The translations under genes were made by a program, and so were the position numbers. This document shows positions 8,410-19,789 of a stretch of 53,725 bases of DNA, in pieces. This stretch comes from Nitrospirota bacterium (lineage in GTDB: Bacteria > Nitrospirota > Thermodesulfovibrionia > Thermodesulfovibrionales > JdFR-85), in assembly GCA_013151495.1 (NCBI GenBank), contig JAADIE010000097.1:1-53725 (forward strand), in the 5' to 3' direction. The number at the start of each line of letters is the position of its first letter. Within the stretch, counting starts at the first letter, position 1. The notes under the pieces are model-generated. The model saw only the letters and a list, made by a program, of their open reading frames with translations. It did no database searches and had not been told where the DNA came from.

Positions 8410-9624
8410 TTATTTACCACCTATAAAACCCATAACCCAATCCTTCATCCTTTTAAGGATATTTCCAAATATATCACCATAACCTACAGGCTGCTGGACC
8501 TCATCAAGTCCATAAAGCAGAAGGCCCACACCTGTAGAGTATTTAGGATCATTAATCAGGTCCTCGAGACCTGAAACCCCCTTTGGTGATGCCATCCTGA
8601 CAGGCATTCCCAGAACCGCCTCTGCAAGCTTCTGCATCCCCCTTAACTGGGATGCACCTCCTGTAAGTACCACCCCGTAGGCTGCCTTGTCGTAAACACC
8701 CGCCTCGGTGAGCTCCTTTTTTACAATCTCAAAAAGCTCCTCGCATCTTGGATTTATAATCTCTGTGATGTAACCTATTGGAATACTTTTTTGTTCACGA
8801 CCTGCAACCATAATATCTACAGACTCTCTGCTTTCCATATCCAGCACTGCCACACCGTAACTCTTCTTGATTCTTTCAGCCTCATCTACCGGTAGCCTCA
8901 GGCCAATGGCAATATCGTTTGTAATATGGTTTCCTCCAATTGCCACAACTGAGGTATGCTGAAGCACCCCGTCTCTGTAAAAGGCAATATCCGTGGTACC
9001 ACCTCCAATATCCACCAGCACAACACCCTCTTCTTTTTCAGACTCTGTCAGTGTGGCCAGTGCAGATGCCAGAGGCTCGAGCACTATATCCAGTACCTCA
9101 AGGCCAGCCTTTTCGCAACAGCGAACAAGGTTCTGTACTGCTGTAACCGATCCAGTAACTATCTGTACCCTTGCCTCAAGCCTTACACCAGACATGCCAA
9201 GGGGATTTGTAATTCCACCCTCGCCATCGATGGTGTATTCCACAGGTATAACATGAAGGACCTCACGATCAAGAGGCACATAAACTGCCTTGGCTGCATC
9301 AAGGGCCCTTTCAATATCTGCCTCTGAGACCTCGGCACCCTTGATCCCGGTAGCCCCAAAGCTTTCAAAGCTCTTAATATGCCCACCAGCAATGCCGACA
9401 AAGACCGATTTAATTGATACACCACAGGCAGCCTCAGCCTCTTTAATGGCCCTGTGGATAGACTCAACAGTGGATTCGATATTTACCACTATACCCTTTC
9501 TTAATCCTCTTGATTCGGCAGTCCCCAGCCCCAGGATATTCAGACCCTGCTCAGAGGCCTGTGCCACAAGGGCACAAACCTTGGTTGTGCCTACATCAAG
9601 ACCTACCACCAGTGAATCACTCAT
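8410..9624 (-). CDS. ftsA: cell division protein FtsA
   Basis: Actin-like ATPase motifs (GLDVGTTKVCALV, VDIGGGTTDIA) and a C-terminal amphipathic helix. It sits between ftsQ and ftsZ. Confidence 0.95.
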   Translation of the reverse strand: MSDSLVVGLDVGTTKVCALVAQASEQGLNILGLGTAESRGLRKGIVVNIESTVESIHRAIKEAEAACGVSIKSVFVGIAGGHIKSFESFGATGIKGAEVSEADIERALDAAKAVYVPLDREVLHVIPVEYTIDGEGGITNPLGMSGVRLEARVQIVTGSVTAVQNLVRCCEKAGLEVLDIVLEPLASALATLTESEKEEGVVLVDIGGGTTDIAFYRDGVLQHTSVVAIGGNHITNDIAIGLRLPVDEAERIKKSYGVAVLDMESRESVDIMVAGREQKSIPIGYITEIINPRCEELFEIVKKELTEAGVYDKAAYGVVLTGGASQLRGMQKLAEAVLGMPVRMASPKGVSGLEDLINDPKYSTGVGLLLYGLDEVQQPVGYGDIFGNILKRMKDWVMGFIGGK

Positions 9625-10394
9625 TGAACAATCCTCTTAGAAGGTCTGATAATCACCCTCTTTTTGAACCTCAGATCAATGTACTCGATAGGGATCTTCT
9701 TGCTTTCAATCCTGTCTTTCAGACTGACTAAATGTTCAAGCTTTTCCCTGTAACGCCCCTTACCAACCTTTATCAAAAGCCCATCCACCTTAAGTGATAT
9801 ATCCTCTGGCCTGTGGGCTATAATCTCGACCTCTCTGTCGTTGAAATAATCGAAGCGTCTGACCGTCTGTGCAAGAATAAGTACCTGCTTGTATAAATAG
9901 GGATTTTCATCCTTAAGCTCCAAGATGGGCAGAAAGGAGGGCGACTGCTCAAGCCTTTCAAGAATCCGGCCTTCCCTGTCTACCAGGAATAGCCCCTTTT
10001 TCTTTCTGAGAATAGCTACAGGCCTTGCCTCCTTGACCTTTACAACAAGGGTATGAGGGAGTTCCTTTCGAATCAGTACCTTTTTGATCCAGGCAGACCT
10101 GAGAAGCTGTTTTTCAAGCAAAGCTGAATCAATATCAAGGAGGCTTACCCCATGTTTTATCTTCATAAGAGATACAACCTCCTCATCAGAAAGATGGGTA
10201 TTTCCAATCACCACAAAACTCCTTAGTGAAAGTCTCTGTTTTATCTCTCCATACAGATAAAATAACGAGAAGATGACGACCGTCATTACGAGCACAGATG
10301 CAGCAAACCGTCTGAAGGCCCTGCTACCGTATAGCCCTTTGACAAGGGGAATCAGTCTGCTATGTCTTTTTGCCTTTTTCTTTTTATTTCTCAT
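9621..10394 (-). CDS. ftsQ: cell division protein FtsQ/DivIB
   Basis: 257 aa with a basic N-terminus, a single TM and a POTRA-like region. It sits between ddl and ftsA, with a 4-nt overlap with ftsA. Confidence 0.8.
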   Translation of the reverse strand: MRNKKKKAKRHSRLIPLVKGLYGSRAFRRFAASVLVMTVVIFSLFYLYGEIKQRLSLRSFVVIGNTHLSDEEVVSLMKIKHGVSLLDIDSALLEKQLLRSAWIKKVLIRKELPHTLVVKVKEARPVAILRKKKGLFLVDREGRILERLEQSPSFLPILELKDENPYLYKQVLILAQTVRRFDYFNDREVEIIAHRPEDISLKVDGLLIKVGKGRYREKLEHLVSLKDRIESKKIPIEYIDLRFKKRVIIRPSKRIVQ

Positions 10395-10444
10395 TTCGGC
10401 TCTGCTCCTTTATACTAAGCTCAAGTATCCTTTCGATCAGATCC

Positions 10445-11320
10445 TCAAAGCTGTATCCTGCAAGGGTTGCTATTTTGGGAAGCAGTGAGGTCTCGGTCGG
10501 TCATACCGGGTATGGTATTTACCTCAAGTACATATATCTGCCCCTCATCTGTTACAAGCAGATCCACCCTGGTTGCTCCACGACAACCAAGAGCCCTGTG
10601 GGCCGTAAGACCAGCGAATTTACATCGTTCATAAAGCTCCTCAGGAAGCTCAGGTGGTAGTATATATTCGGTACTACCAGGTGTATATTTGGCAATATAG
10701 TCATAGAATCTCCTTTTAGGCCTGACCTCAACTGCCCCAAGCACCTCGTCATCCAGAATACCAACCTGTATCTCCCTGGCCTTTATGTATTCCTCTACAA
10801 TTACAGGCCAGCCATATCTTGATGCCTCTTTAATGGCTTCATGCAGTTGTTCCTTACTGTCTACAATGCTTACACCCACACTGGAGCCTTCTCTTGATGG
10901 CTTAACCACAACGGGCAAATCAAAATTTAGGTTATCAAGTCCTCCTTCGTCATAAATCACCCTGTAGCCGGGCACCTTCAGCCCACTCTGGCTAAACATC
11001 ATCTTGGAAGCCACTTTGTCCATTGAAAGGGCCGAGGCAAGCACCCCCGAACCAGTATAGGGAATGCCCATTATCTCTAACATCCCCTGTATTGCACCGT
11101 TTTCACCCCATCCACCATGAAGCACCAAAAAGGCGATATCGATATCATGGTCCTTGATTTGCTCATATACCTTATGGCCTGCATCAATAAACAGGGCATT
11201 GTATCCTCTGGCCTTCAGTGCCCTGTATACTGCCTCTCCACTTTTCAGGGAAACCTCTCTTTCTGCTGAAACTCCACCAGCAATTACACCAATTTTTTTA
11301 TCTTCCAGACCATTAATCAT
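10445..11320 (-). CDS. ddl: D-alanine--D-alanine ligase, reading frame disrupted near the 3' end (authentic tail encoded in another frame down to 10384)
   Basis: ATP-grasp Ddl motifs ([45 protein letters not shown]). After GMT the track frame gives a non-Ddl tail. The shifted frame gives [27 protein letters not shown]... See findings. Confidence 0.9.
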   Translation of the reverse strand: MINGLEDKKIGVIAGGVSAEREVSLKSGEAVYRALKARGYNALFIDAGHKVYEQIKDHDIDIAFLVLHGGWGENGAIQGMLEIMGIPYTGSGVLASALSMDKVASKMMFSQSGLKVPGYRVIYDEGGLDNLNFDLPVVVKPSREGSSVGVSIVDSKEQLHEAIKEASRYGWPVIVEEYIKAREIQVGILDDEVLGAVEVRPKRRFYDYIAKYTPGSTEYILPPELPEELYERCKFAGLTAHRALGCRGATRVDLLVTDEGQIYVLEVNTIPGMTDRDLTASQNSNPCRIQL

Positions 11321-12231
11321 TTACTCGTACACCCCTTTGTCAGGATCCTTATCTCAGGCTCGAGTTCGATTGAAAAGATCCGTAGCACCCTTTCTCTAAC
11401 CTCATCCATCAGGGCAATGAAGTCCTCAGCCCTTCCCTGCCCTTTATTTACAAAAAAGTTTGCATGCTTTGTGCTTACCTGTATATCACCTTTTGTTAAT
11501 CCTTTACAGCCAGCCAGGTCTATTAATCGACCTGCAGACTCTCCTGGAGGGTTCTTGAAAACACACCCGGCAGATGGTTCATCCAACGGCTGGGTCTGCT
11601 TCTTTATATTTAAATACTCGATCATCTTTCTCTTTATCCTCTCAGGCTCTGTTACCTCCAACCTGAGCCTTGTAGAAAGAATCACATCACCCTCAAGCAG
11701 TCCGCCATCTCTGTATCCATAACTCAGGTCTTCCTTTTTAATCACCATTCTGGAGCCCTTTCTTAAAATATCAATCTCCTCAACCACATTCATGATCTCA
11801 TAACCAAAGGCACCGGCATTACCAAAGACTGCTCCACCAAGGCTGCCTGGAATTCCAACAAGCCCCTCAAGCCCGCTGAGCCCCTGCTTCATTGCCAGGC
11901 TAACAAGGCCCTGTAATGCCACTCCAGATTCTGCATACACAACCACCGATGGTGCCTGCCCTAATATCTGGATGTTTTTTAAACCCCTTAACAGCAAAAC
12001 AACACACTCTATACCACTGTCAGGCACAAGCAGGTTGCTACCTCCACCTAAAACAAAGAAATCCACAGAAGATTCCCTTAATCGCTTAACCACCTCGGTA
12101 GCTGTCTGAACATCCTCGGGAACCACCATATACCTGACCATGCCACCTATTTTCAGGGTGGTGTAGTCTTTGAGCAATTCCTGCTCCCTGATTTCGACAT
12201 TCAAACCTTCAAGTATCTCTAAAAGATTCAT
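11317..12231 (-). CDS. murB: UDP-N-acetylenolpyruvoylglucosamine reductase
   Basis: FAD-binding MurB motifs ([22 protein letters not shown]). The track ORF extends to TTG 12273 and overlaps murC. ATG 12231 (MNLLEILEG...) gives a typical ~304-aa MurB, but the start is uncertain. Confidence 0.88.
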   Translation of the reverse strand: MNLLEILEGLNVEIREQELLKDYTTLKIGGMVRYMVVPEDVQTATEVVKRLRESSVDFFVLGGGSNLLVPDSGIECVVLLLRGLKNIQILGQAPSVVVYAESGVALQGLVSLAMKQGLSGLEGLVGIPGSLGGAVFGNAGAFGYEIMNVVEEIDILRKGSRMVIKKEDLSYGYRDGGLLEGDVILSTRLRLEVTEPERIKRKMIEYLNIKKQTQPLDEPSAGCVFKNPPGESAGRLIDLAGCKGLTKGDIQVSTKHANFFVNKGQGRAEDFIALMDEVRERVLRIFSIELEPEIRILTKGCTSK

Positions 12232-12235
12232 CTCC

Positions 12236-13618
12236 CTATGTACCTGCTGACTCATCATCCCTCTTTTGAACAAGCTCCTCTGCTATCTTCCATACATCAC
12301 CAGCCCCAAGGGTTATCATCAGGTCGCCTTCTTTAAGGATGTCTCGTAATTCACCTATAAGGGCCTCTCTATCCTGGTAATAACATACTGCCTTATGATG
12401 TTTTCTCATCTCATTGTAGAGGGCCTCTGAACTTACCCCCTCGATAGGTCTTTCTCCGGCCGGATATATATCAAGCAAATATAATCTGTCAGCCTTGTCA
12501 AAGGCAGTGACGAACTCTCCAAAGAGGTCTCTTGTCCTTGTGTATCGATGGGGCTGAAACACCACTACAGTTCTGCCGCTTACAACCCTGGAGATCGATT
12601 CAAGGGTGGCCCTGATCTCTGTAGGATGATGTCCATAGTCATCATAAATCCGGGCACCCTGGAATTGTCCTTTAAACTCAAAACGTCTCTGTATGCCCGA
12701 GAATTCCTTAAGGGCCTGTCTAATCTTTTCTACCTCTATAAAAAGCTCCCTGGATACCGTGATGGCTGCCAGGGCATTAAGCACATTATGCTCGCCAATC
12801 AGTGGTATGGAGAACTCGCCAAGGTCCTCTCCCTTATAGTTGACCAAAAAACGCATACCATATCCGCTAAACTCTACATTGTAGGCCCTGACATCGGCAT
12901 AATCTGTAAAACCATAGGATATGGTCCTTCTATGCAGTTCCTCTTTTATATTTCTCAGATACAGGTTATCTGCACATACCACAGCCAGGCCATAAAAGGG
13001 TACCTTATCAAGAAACTCTCTGAAAGCAGCACAAAGGGCATCCATAGTCTTGAAATAGTCCATATGCTCACGATCTATGTTTGTTGCCACTGCAACTGTA
13101 GGTGATAGCTTCAGGAAAGAGCCATCGCTTTCATCTGCCTCGGCTATGAGGAACTCACCCTGCCCAAGCCTTACATTGGAGCCTGTTGCCTTTAACCTGC
13201 CACCTATTACCACTGTTGGGTCCATATCGGCATGAGAAAACACAGAGGCTATCAGGGAGGTGGTTGTTGTTTTACCATGGGCACCTGCAACCAGTACACT
13301 GTATTTCAGACGCCCCAACTCAGCGAGCATCTCTGCACGAGGTATAATGGGTATCCCTCTTTTTCGTGCCTCAACCACCTCAGGGTTGTCATCCTTTATT
13401 GCCGAGGAAATGACCACCACATGGGCGTTATCAACATTTTCAGCCCTGTGACCAATATAGACCTTAATACCAAGGGCCTCAAGCCGTTTTGTATTCTGTG
13501 AGGCCCTGATATCAGAACCTGTAACCTCATAGCCGAGATTGTGCAATACCTCGGCGATACCGCTCATTCCGATGCCACCAATTCCAACAAAATGTATTAT
13601 CCTGTAGTTTTCAAACAT
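12236..13618 (-). CDS. murC: UDP-N-acetylmuramate--L-alanine ligase
   Basis: HFVGIGGIGMSGIAEVL Rossmann N-terminus and AGAHGKTTTTSL P-loop; Mur ligase architecture. Confidence 0.93.
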   Translation of the reverse strand: MFENYRIIHFVGIGGIGMSGIAEVLHNLGYEVTGSDIRASQNTKRLEALGIKVYIGHRAENVDNAHVVVISSAIKDDNPEVVEARKRGIPIIPRAEMLAELGRLKYSVLVAGAHGKTTTTSLIASVFSHADMDPTVVIGGRLKATGSNVRLGQGEFLIAEADESDGSFLKLSPTVAVATNIDREHMDYFKTMDALCAAFREFLDKVPFYGLAVVCADNLYLRNIKEELHRRTISYGFTDYADVRAYNVEFSGYGMRFLVNYKGEDLGEFSIPLIGEHNVLNALAAITVSRELFIEVEKIRQALKEFSGIQRRFEFKGQFQGARIYDDYGHHPTEIRATLESISRVVSGRTVVVFQPHRYTRTRDLFGEFVTAFDKADRLYLLDIYPAGERPIEGVSSEALYNEMRKHHKAVCYYQDREALIGELRDILKEGDLMITLGAGDVWKIAEELVQKRDDESAGT

Positions 13619-14727
13619 CTAACACTCTCCTGTTTTAACGATGCTATTGAACCAACTATGTCGGCAATCTTTCTGGCAGCCTCTGGACGGCCAAAACCGA
13701 GGGCCTTTCTTTTCATCTCCTCCCTCTTTTGAGGATCATTAAAGAGCCTCAATATCTCCTCGGAAAGCCTCTTTCCATTAAGCTCTTTATCCAGTATCAT
13801 TACTGCAGCCCCCATCTGCATTAGTTTTTCAGCATTTGCCCTTTGATGATCCTCTGCAGCATAAGGATAGGGCACCAGTATAGAGGGCTTGCCAGTAACA
13901 CATATCTCTGCAAGTGCAGTGGCACCTGCTCGTGATATCACCAGATCTGCCACTGCGTAGGCCTCTGGCATCTGGTATATAAAGGGTGTTACAGTACCCT
14001 TAAAACCCATATCCTGATAGGCACCCCTTACAAATCGGTAATCAGATTCACCTGTCTGATGTAGAAACTGGACCTCCTCCTTTATACCCGTCAGGTAGGG
14101 TAGTGCCTCTACCATTGCCCTGTTTATCGAGCTGGCACCCCGGCTTCCACCAAAAACAAGCACAGTAAAGAGATCCTCCTTTAGTGAAAAGAGTCTTCTT
14201 GCAGCCTCAGGGCTACCCTTTGTAACCCTGTCTCTTACAGGATTACCGGTAAGGTGTACCTTATCTCTGGGGAAAAAGGCCATGCTTTCCTGATAGGTAA
14301 TGCATATGGCATTAGCCATCCGGGCAAGGAATCTATTGGCCTTTCCGGGCACCGTGTTTTGCTCCATAATCAGCACCGGAATCGACTGTAGCCATGCAGC
14401 CACCACTGGTGCCACCGAGACATAACCACCTGTTCCAACAACTATCTGTGGTTCTGTCTCCTTCAGGATTCTATAGCTTTCACGAAGGCCCTTTATGAAA
14501 CTAAAGAGGGCCTTTAACTTACCAGAAAGGCTTTTACCCACCAAAGCAGCACCACTTACAAACCTGATATTGTATCCCTCTCTGGGGACTACTCTGGCCT
14601 CTATTCCCCTGTCGGTGCCGATAAACAATATCTCTACCGATGGATCCCTTTTGACAAGCTCATCCGCAAGAGCCAGTCCAGGAAACAGATGCCCGCCGGT
14701 ACCACCTCCTGCAATCACAACTCTCAT
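13597..14727 (-). CDS. murG: undecaprenyldiphospho-muramoylpentapeptide beta-N-acetylglucosaminyltransferase
   Basis: N-terminus MRVVIAGGGTGGHLFPGLALADEL, GT28 architecture, dcw position. Confidence 0.93.
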   Translation of the reverse strand: MRVVIAGGGTGGHLFPGLALADELVKRDPSVEILFIGTDRGIEARVVPREGYNIRFVSGAALVGKSLSGKLKALFSFIKGLRESYRILKETEPQIVVGTGGYVSVAPVVAAWLQSIPVLIMEQNTVPGKANRFLARMANAICITYQESMAFFPRDKVHLTGNPVRDRVTKGSPEAARRLFSLKEDLFTVLVFGGSRGASSINRAMVEALPYLTGIKEEVQFLHQTGESDYRFVRGAYQDMGFKGTVTPFIYQMPEAYAVADLVISRAGATALAEICVTGKPSILVPYPYAAEDHQRANAEKLMQMGAAVMILDKELNGKRLSEEILRLFNDPQKREEMKRKALGFGRPEAARKIADIVGSIASLKQESVRCLKTTG

Positions 14728-15941
14728 CTCAGAGTTCTCCTTAGATTGAACTGTTTTCTTCTAAGCCTTACCCTTCTTTTTATGATCTGCTCCTTTGTTA
14801 ACATCTCAAGTGGTTCGTCTTCTGATCTGGAAATCCTCAGTATCACACCAGCTGAGATGAAGTTTATTAACAGAGACGAACCACCATAACTTATAAAGGG
14901 AAGGGGTAATCCCTTTGTTGGTAAAAGCCCTGTAACCACTGCCACATTAATTATCATCTGGTAAACAATCATCAGCACCAGTCCAGTACAGAGATAATAG
15001 GAAAACCTCCCCTTTGTCCTTTCCGCTATCTTCATGCCACGGATGAACAGTAGCAAAAACATGGAAATAGTAAACAGGGCACCTAAAAGTCCAAGCTCCT
15101 CACCGATCAGAGAAAAGATAAAGTCTGTATTAACCTCTGGCAAAAAGTTAAGTTTCTGCATCCCCTCGCCCAGGCCTACCCCCTTTAATCCACCACTGCC
15201 AAGGGCTACAAAGGACTGAACAAGCTGAAAACCATCTCCATAGGGGTCCTGCCAGGGATCAAGAAAGGCAAAGATCCTCTTCAGCCTGTAGGGAGTCGTC
15301 AGCAGGTATACCAGAACCGGTGCAGTAGCCCCTGCAAGGGCCAGCAGGTATTTAATTGGCGCACCTGCCAGATAGATAAGGGTTATAGTAATAACCCCAA
15401 GGGTAAAGGCACCGCCGAAATCGGGCTGCATAAGCATTACCGCCTGAAACAGAAGCATTACACCTATAGGTTTCATAAAATCCTTGAATCGCCTCAGATC
15501 GTACTTACGATCTGAGAGATAACTTGCAAGATAGAGAATCATGGCAAATTTTACGAACTCACTTGGCTGAAAGGTGGAAGGCCAGAGTCTGAGCCACCTT
15601 TTTGCACCATTTATCTTTACGCCAAGCCCTGGTATAAAAACAGCCACCAGCAAAACAAAGGCAGCAGCTAAAAACAGGTAGGAAAGCCTGTTCAGTTTTT
15701 TCAGACTCATTCTGTAGAAGCTGAACATACCCATCAGGGCAATTAGCAGGGTTACCAGGTGTTTTTTCAGATACATGAACTGATACCCCCGACCCTCGTT
15801 AACCATGCTGCCACCACTTTTTGCAACAGGCATCACTGCGGTTGAGCTGTAAACCATCACCACACCAAGGACGGTCAGGGCAAAAAGGGCAAACAGAAAA
15901 AACCTGTCAGGGCTATTATGTTTAGCCGCTGTTGGTGTCAT
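14724..15941 (-). CDS. ftsW: peptidoglycan glycosyltransferase FtsW (SEDS family)
   Basis: Polytopic SEDS protein (PSEFVKF, QPDFGG, LPFISYGGSS motifs) between murD and murG. Confidence 0.9.
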   Translation of the reverse strand: MTPTAAKHNSPDRFFLFALFALTVLGVVMVYSSTAVMPVAKSGGSMVNEGRGYQFMYLKKHLVTLLIALMGMFSFYRMSLKKLNRLSYLFLAAAFVLLVAVFIPGLGVKINGAKRWLRLWPSTFQPSEFVKFAMILYLASYLSDRKYDLRRFKDFMKPIGVMLLFQAVMLMQPDFGGAFTLGVITITLIYLAGAPIKYLLALAGATAPVLVYLLTTPYRLKRIFAFLDPWQDPYGDGFQLVQSFVALGSGGLKGVGLGEGMQKLNFLPEVNTDFIFSLIGEELGLLGALFTISMFLLLFIRGMKIAERTKGRFSYYLCTGLVLMIVYQMIINVAVVTGLLPTKGLPLPFISYGGSSLLINFISAGVILRISRSEDEPLEMLTKEQIIKRRVRLRRKQFNLRRTLR

Positions 15942-17326
15942 CTCATAAGTCTCCTTACCGCAGTTTTGAATACCTCTCCACGATGTTCATAGTTTTTAAA
16001 CATATCAAAGCTTGCACAACCTGGCGACAGCAATACCGTATCCCCTGGCGATGCCAGAGAGGCTGCCTTCTTGACCGCCTGTTCCATATCAACTGCTTCC
16101 TCTATCTGGAACAGATCAGATAGCTCCTTTTTTATCTTTTCTCTGGCCTCACCAAGCGAGACCAGGGCCTTGATTCGATGGCGGAAGTTTCTCAGCACAC
16201 TGAAATCGCCCCCTTTGTCCCTACCCCCAAGTATCAACACCACAGAGCCAGCAATTCCCTCAATCGATTTGACTGTAGCAGCAAGGTTTGTACCCTTGGA
16301 GTCGTTTATGTATGTAACACCCCCAAACTCTGCCACCATCTCCATCCGGTGTTCAAGCCCCCTGAAGTCCTTTAACACCGTGGCAATAGCAGAGAGATCA
16401 CAACCGGCAAGGCTACAGATTGCGGTGGCAGCAAGGGCGTTTTCCAGGTTGTGTAATCCCCTCAAAGCCACCTCTTTGGCCTTCAAGACCCTCTCAGGGC
16501 CTGCCCCCCTGTCTACAACAATATCTTCCTTTAGCAAATAGGCACCCTGAATCTCGTGTTTTGTTGAAAAGAAGATTGCCCTTGCCCTTGAATCCTCGGC
16601 AAAGGCCCTTGTGATTGGGTCATCAAAATTAAGCACCATGTAATCCTCTTCGGTCTGATTTATAGATATATTTCTCTTTGCATCTATGTATTCCTTCATC
16701 CCCCTGTATCTATCCATGTGGTCTTCAGTGATATTAAGCACTGCTCCAATATGAGGGGCAAACTCTCTGATACTTTCAAGCTGAAAGGATGAGACCTCAA
16801 CCACTATGTAATCGGTCTCGTTAAGGTGGTTGTTAGTTAAGGCATCAAGCAGTACATCACCCACTGCCTTTCCGATGTTTCCACCGGTAAGCACATTGTA
16901 ACCTGCAGTCTTTAAGACCAGGTCCACCAGGGTTGTGGTTGTTGTTTTACCATTGGTACCTGTAATTGCTATCCATGGTATCTGATACTCCTTTACCATC
17001 AGGTAGGCAAGCTCTAATTCCCCTATTATCTCCAGGTTCTGCTTTAATGCCTTGACAACAGGCGCCTCAGTCCAGGGTACCCCAGGGCTTATAACCACCA
17101 GATCAAACTGCTTAATATCACAGTCATAAGGCAGAACCTCAATCCATTCTGGTATATTCTGGGGATTGGCCCTGTCTACCCCAAACACACGGGCATCGGC
17201 ATACTGAAGCATTCTGGCTGCCGATAGTCCACTTCTTCCAAGGCCAACGACAAGTACCTTCAGGCCCTTTAGCCTTCTAAAATTAAGTGTTTTCTTTTTT
17301 GTATCCTCTACCATGCCTGTTAGCAT
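15938..17326 (-). CDS. murD: UDP-N-acetylmuramoyl-L-alanine--D-glutamate ligase
   Basis: VVGLGRSG Rossmann N-terminus, [14 protein letters not shown]-loop, Mur ligase C-terminal domain. Confidence 0.93.
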   Translation of the reverse strand: MLTGMVEDTKKKTLNFRRLKGLKVLVVGLGRSGLSAARMLQYADARVFGVDRANPQNIPEWIEVLPYDCDIKQFDLVVISPGVPWTEAPVVKALKQNLEIIGELELAYLMVKEYQIPWIAITGTNGKTTTTTLVDLVLKTAGYNVLTGGNIGKAVGDVLLDALTNNHLNETDYIVVEVSSFQLESIREFAPHIGAVLNITEDHMDRYRGMKEYIDAKRNISINQTEEDYMVLNFDDPITRAFAEDSRARAIFFSTKHEIQGAYLLKEDIVVDRGAGPERVLKAKEVALRGLHNLENALAATAICSLAGCDLSAIATVLKDFRGLEHRMEMVAEFGGVTYINDSKGTNLAATVKSIEGIAGSVVLILGGRDKGGDFSVLRNFRHRIKALVSLGEAREKIKKELSDLFQIEEAVDMEQAVKKAASLASPGDTVLLSPGCASFDMFKNYEHRGEVFKTAVRRLMR

Positions 17327-17342
17327 TTCTGTTTTCTACCCA

Positions 17343-18425
17343 TCACCGTAGCTTCAATGTAGATAAACTCAGTAAAGCCAGCAGTATTCCTACTATCCAG
17401 AATCTCACCACTGTTTTGGGTTCTGCCCATCCTTTTATTTCAAAATGATGGTGAATTGGTGCCATCTTAAAAAGCCTTTTACCCGTAAGCTTGTATGATG
17501 CAACCTGCAAGATTACGGAGATTGTCTCAACCACAAAGATACCACCAACAATGGCAAGAACTATCTCGTGTTTGGTAATAACAGCAAGGGTGCCAAGGGC
17601 ACCACCAAGTCCGAGAGAACCCACATCGCCCATAAATACCTCGGCAGGATAGGCATTGTACCAGAGAAAACCAATAGCCGCACCGAAAATGGCTCCGCAG
17701 AAGATGGTGAGTTCACCGGTTTTGGGAAGATACAACACCTGAAGGTAATGGGCCAGTTTAATATGACCGGTTATGTATACAAGCACCGCATTAGCCAGTG
17801 CAGCAATAGCTACAAGCCCTATGGCCAGCCCATCGATACCATCTGTCAGATTAACTGCATTTGACGACCCTACAATCACAAACACTGCAAAGGGAATATA
17901 GAAGATACCGAGATTTATCAGGAGCTGCTTAAAGAATGGTACACTCAATTTCGTACTGTAAGGGTCGAGGGGGTTTTGATAAAGAAATACACTTATTCCC
18001 AGTGCAATCATTATCTGAAGGGCAAACTTATAACATGGCCTTAGGCCCTTGTGATTTTTTCTTGTGATCTTAAGATAATCATCAATAAATCCCACCATAC
18101 CAAACCCAAAGGTTGCCAGAATCATTACCCAAACATAGGGATTGGTAAGGTCCATCCACAACAGCGCGGTAATTAGTATGCTTCCAAGGATCAAAACCCC
18201 ACCCATGGTGGGTGTGCCCTGCTTTGAAATATGAGTTTTTGGGCCGTCCTCTCTTATCTGCTGAGTCAGACTGAGCCTTTTAAGCCAGGCAATAACATAA
18301 GGGGCAAATACAAATGTAAGTACTGCAGCCGTAATCACCGCCAGTGCGGTCCTGAAGGTAATATACCTGAATACATTAAAGGGAAAATAATGCTCATGCA
18401 AACTATATAAAAGCTGGTATAACAT
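17343..18425 (-). CDS. mraY: phospho-N-acetylmuramoyl-pentapeptide-transferase
   Basis: Ten-TM-type protein with [22 protein letters not shown] and MAPIHHHFE motifs. Confidence 0.95.
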   Translation of the reverse strand: MLYQLLYSLHEHYFPFNVFRYITFRTALAVITAAVLTFVFAPYVIAWLKRLSLTQQIREDGPKTHISKQGTPTMGGVLILGSILITALLWMDLTNPYVWVMILATFGFGMVGFIDDYLKITRKNHKGLRPCYKFALQIMIALGISVFLYQNPLDPYSTKLSVPFFKQLLINLGIFYIPFAVFVIVGSSNAVNLTDGIDGLAIGLVAIAALANAVLVYITGHIKLAHYLQVLYLPKTGELTIFCGAIFGAAIGFLWYNAYPAEVFMGDVGSLGLGGALGTLAVITKHEIVLAIVGGIFVVETISVILQVASYKLTGKRLFKMAPIHHHFEIKGWAEPKTVVRFWIVGILLALLSLSTLKLR

Positions 18426-19789
18426 TACTCCTCCAGTATCCTTTCCAGTTTCATTCCTCTTGAGCCCTTGATCAGGACTGTATCACCGTCTTTAACAATA
18501 CTATCTAATACCCTTCTCGCCTCTTCAGGTGTCTGAACAATAAAACACTGTTTATTACTCTTTGAGATCGATAAAAACTCCTCAGCTGCATATTCCATCA
18601 TCTGCCCAACAGCCACAAGCACATCAACTGGCAATTCAGCTAACATCTGTCCTATCTTTCTATGAGCAGTCTCTTCATAGGCGCCAAGTTCAAGCATATC
18701 ACCAAGTACGGCAATAGCCCTGTTTTTTCGCAAAGAAACCAGCTCCTTGATTGCCTCCTCCATGGAGGCCGGGTTGGCATTATAAAGGTCGCTAATTACA
18801 AGAGCCCCTCTGAACTGTCTGCGCTCTACCCGCATTGGTACCCCTTTGAATTCTGAAAGGGCCTTTACTATATAATCCTCTGATATGGAAAAAAGCATTG
18901 ATACCGAGGCTGCTGCCAGGGCATTGTAAACATTAAACAATCCAAGCATGGGTAACTCGACCTCTACACCTGTGGTAGAACCACAATGTAACCTGAATGA
19001 AATACCGCTGTCGGTTCTCCTTATATCAGTAGCCCTTACATCGGCTGACCCAGAAATACCAAAGGTGACAACATCAACACCATTTTTCTTTATAAGTGGC
19101 ACTTCTGGTCGTAACATATTGTCATCATTGTTCAGGATGAGCCTCTTAACAAAGCCGGCAATCTCAAGCTTGGTGTCTCTGACCGTTTCTAAAGAACCGA
19201 AACCAGCTAAATGACCAGGCCCTATGTTGGTAACAACCCCAATGTCTGGCCGTGCGATCTTGCATAGTTCATTAATATCGCCAGGCTGACTGGCGCCCAT
19301 TTCAAGAACTGCTATTTCCTGACCGTCAAGCATCGATAGGTTTAGAGGAACTCCTATATGGTTGTTAAGATTGCCTCTACTGGTAAGCACCCTATAACGC
19401 ATCTTCAGAACGGCTGAAATCATCTCCTTGGTGGTTGTTTTTCCATTTGTACCTGTCACTCCAATAACCGTTACATACCTGCTTAATCTGCGGTAACGGG
19501 CTATACCCTGAAGGGCCTTTAATGTATTGTTCACATGGATAACGCTCTTACCCTTTACAGGAATTGCTGGTGGGTAGCTTACCACCGCACCATTTGCCTT
19601 CTGAAGGGCATCATTAACAAAGTTGTGTCCATCAAAACGTTCTCCCCGTAATGCTATAAAAAGCTCACCCGGTTTTATGGTTCTCGAATCAATAGACAGA
19701 CCGGTAAAGTGATCTGCTCCCCTGAGCAGGAGCCTTCCACCGGTGGCCTCGAGTATCTCTGTCAGTGTGTATTTAAGCCTTTCATCCAT
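18425..19789 (-). CDS. murF: UDP-N-acetylmuramoyl-tripeptide--D-alanyl-D-alanine ligase
   Basis: [15 protein letters not shown]-loop, Mur ligase domains, position between murE and mraY with 1-nt junctions. Confidence 0.9.
   Translation of the reverse strand: MDERLKYTLTEILEATGGRLLLRGADHFTGLSIDSRTIKPGELFIALRGERFDGHNFVNDALQKANGAVVSYPPAIPVKGKSVIHVNNTLKALQGIARYRRLSRYVTVIGVTGTNGKTTTKEMISAVLKMRYRVLTSRGNLNNHIGVPLNLSMLDGQEIAVLEMGASQPGDINELCKIARPDIGVVTNIGPGHLAGFGSLETVRDTKLEIAGFVKRLILNNDDNMLRPEVPLIKKNGVDVVTFGISGSADVRATDIRRTDSGISFRLHCGSTTGVEVELPMLGLFNVYNALAAASVSMLFSISEDYIVKALSEFKGVPMRVERRQFRGALVISDLYNANPASMEEAIKELVSLRKNRAIAVLGDMLELGAYEETAHRKIGQMLAELPVDVLVAVGQMMEYAAEEFLSISKSNKQCFIVQTPEEARRVLDSIVKDGDTVLIKGSRGMKLERILEE

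Noticed and set aside
10370-10660. 96-aa plus-strand ORF spanning the ddl/ftsQ junction.
   Set aside because: It is opposite the ddl 3' end, and the minus strand here encodes the canonical Ddl tail in a shifted frame. The apparent gap that makes this ORF look plausible is produced by the ddl frameshift.
12548-13105. Long antisense ORFs inside well-supported genes. Examples: 185 aa opposite murC, 189 aa at 49016..49585 opposite argD, 167 aa at 2804..3307 opposite pepA, 156 aa at 16071..16541 opposite murD, 117 aa at 7625..7978 opposite ftsZ.
   Set aside because: Their translations are low-complexity and rich in Ser/Pro/Ala/Arg, with no motifs. They lie entirely within genes whose sense-strand products carry unambiguous family signatures. 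They are typical shadow ORFs.
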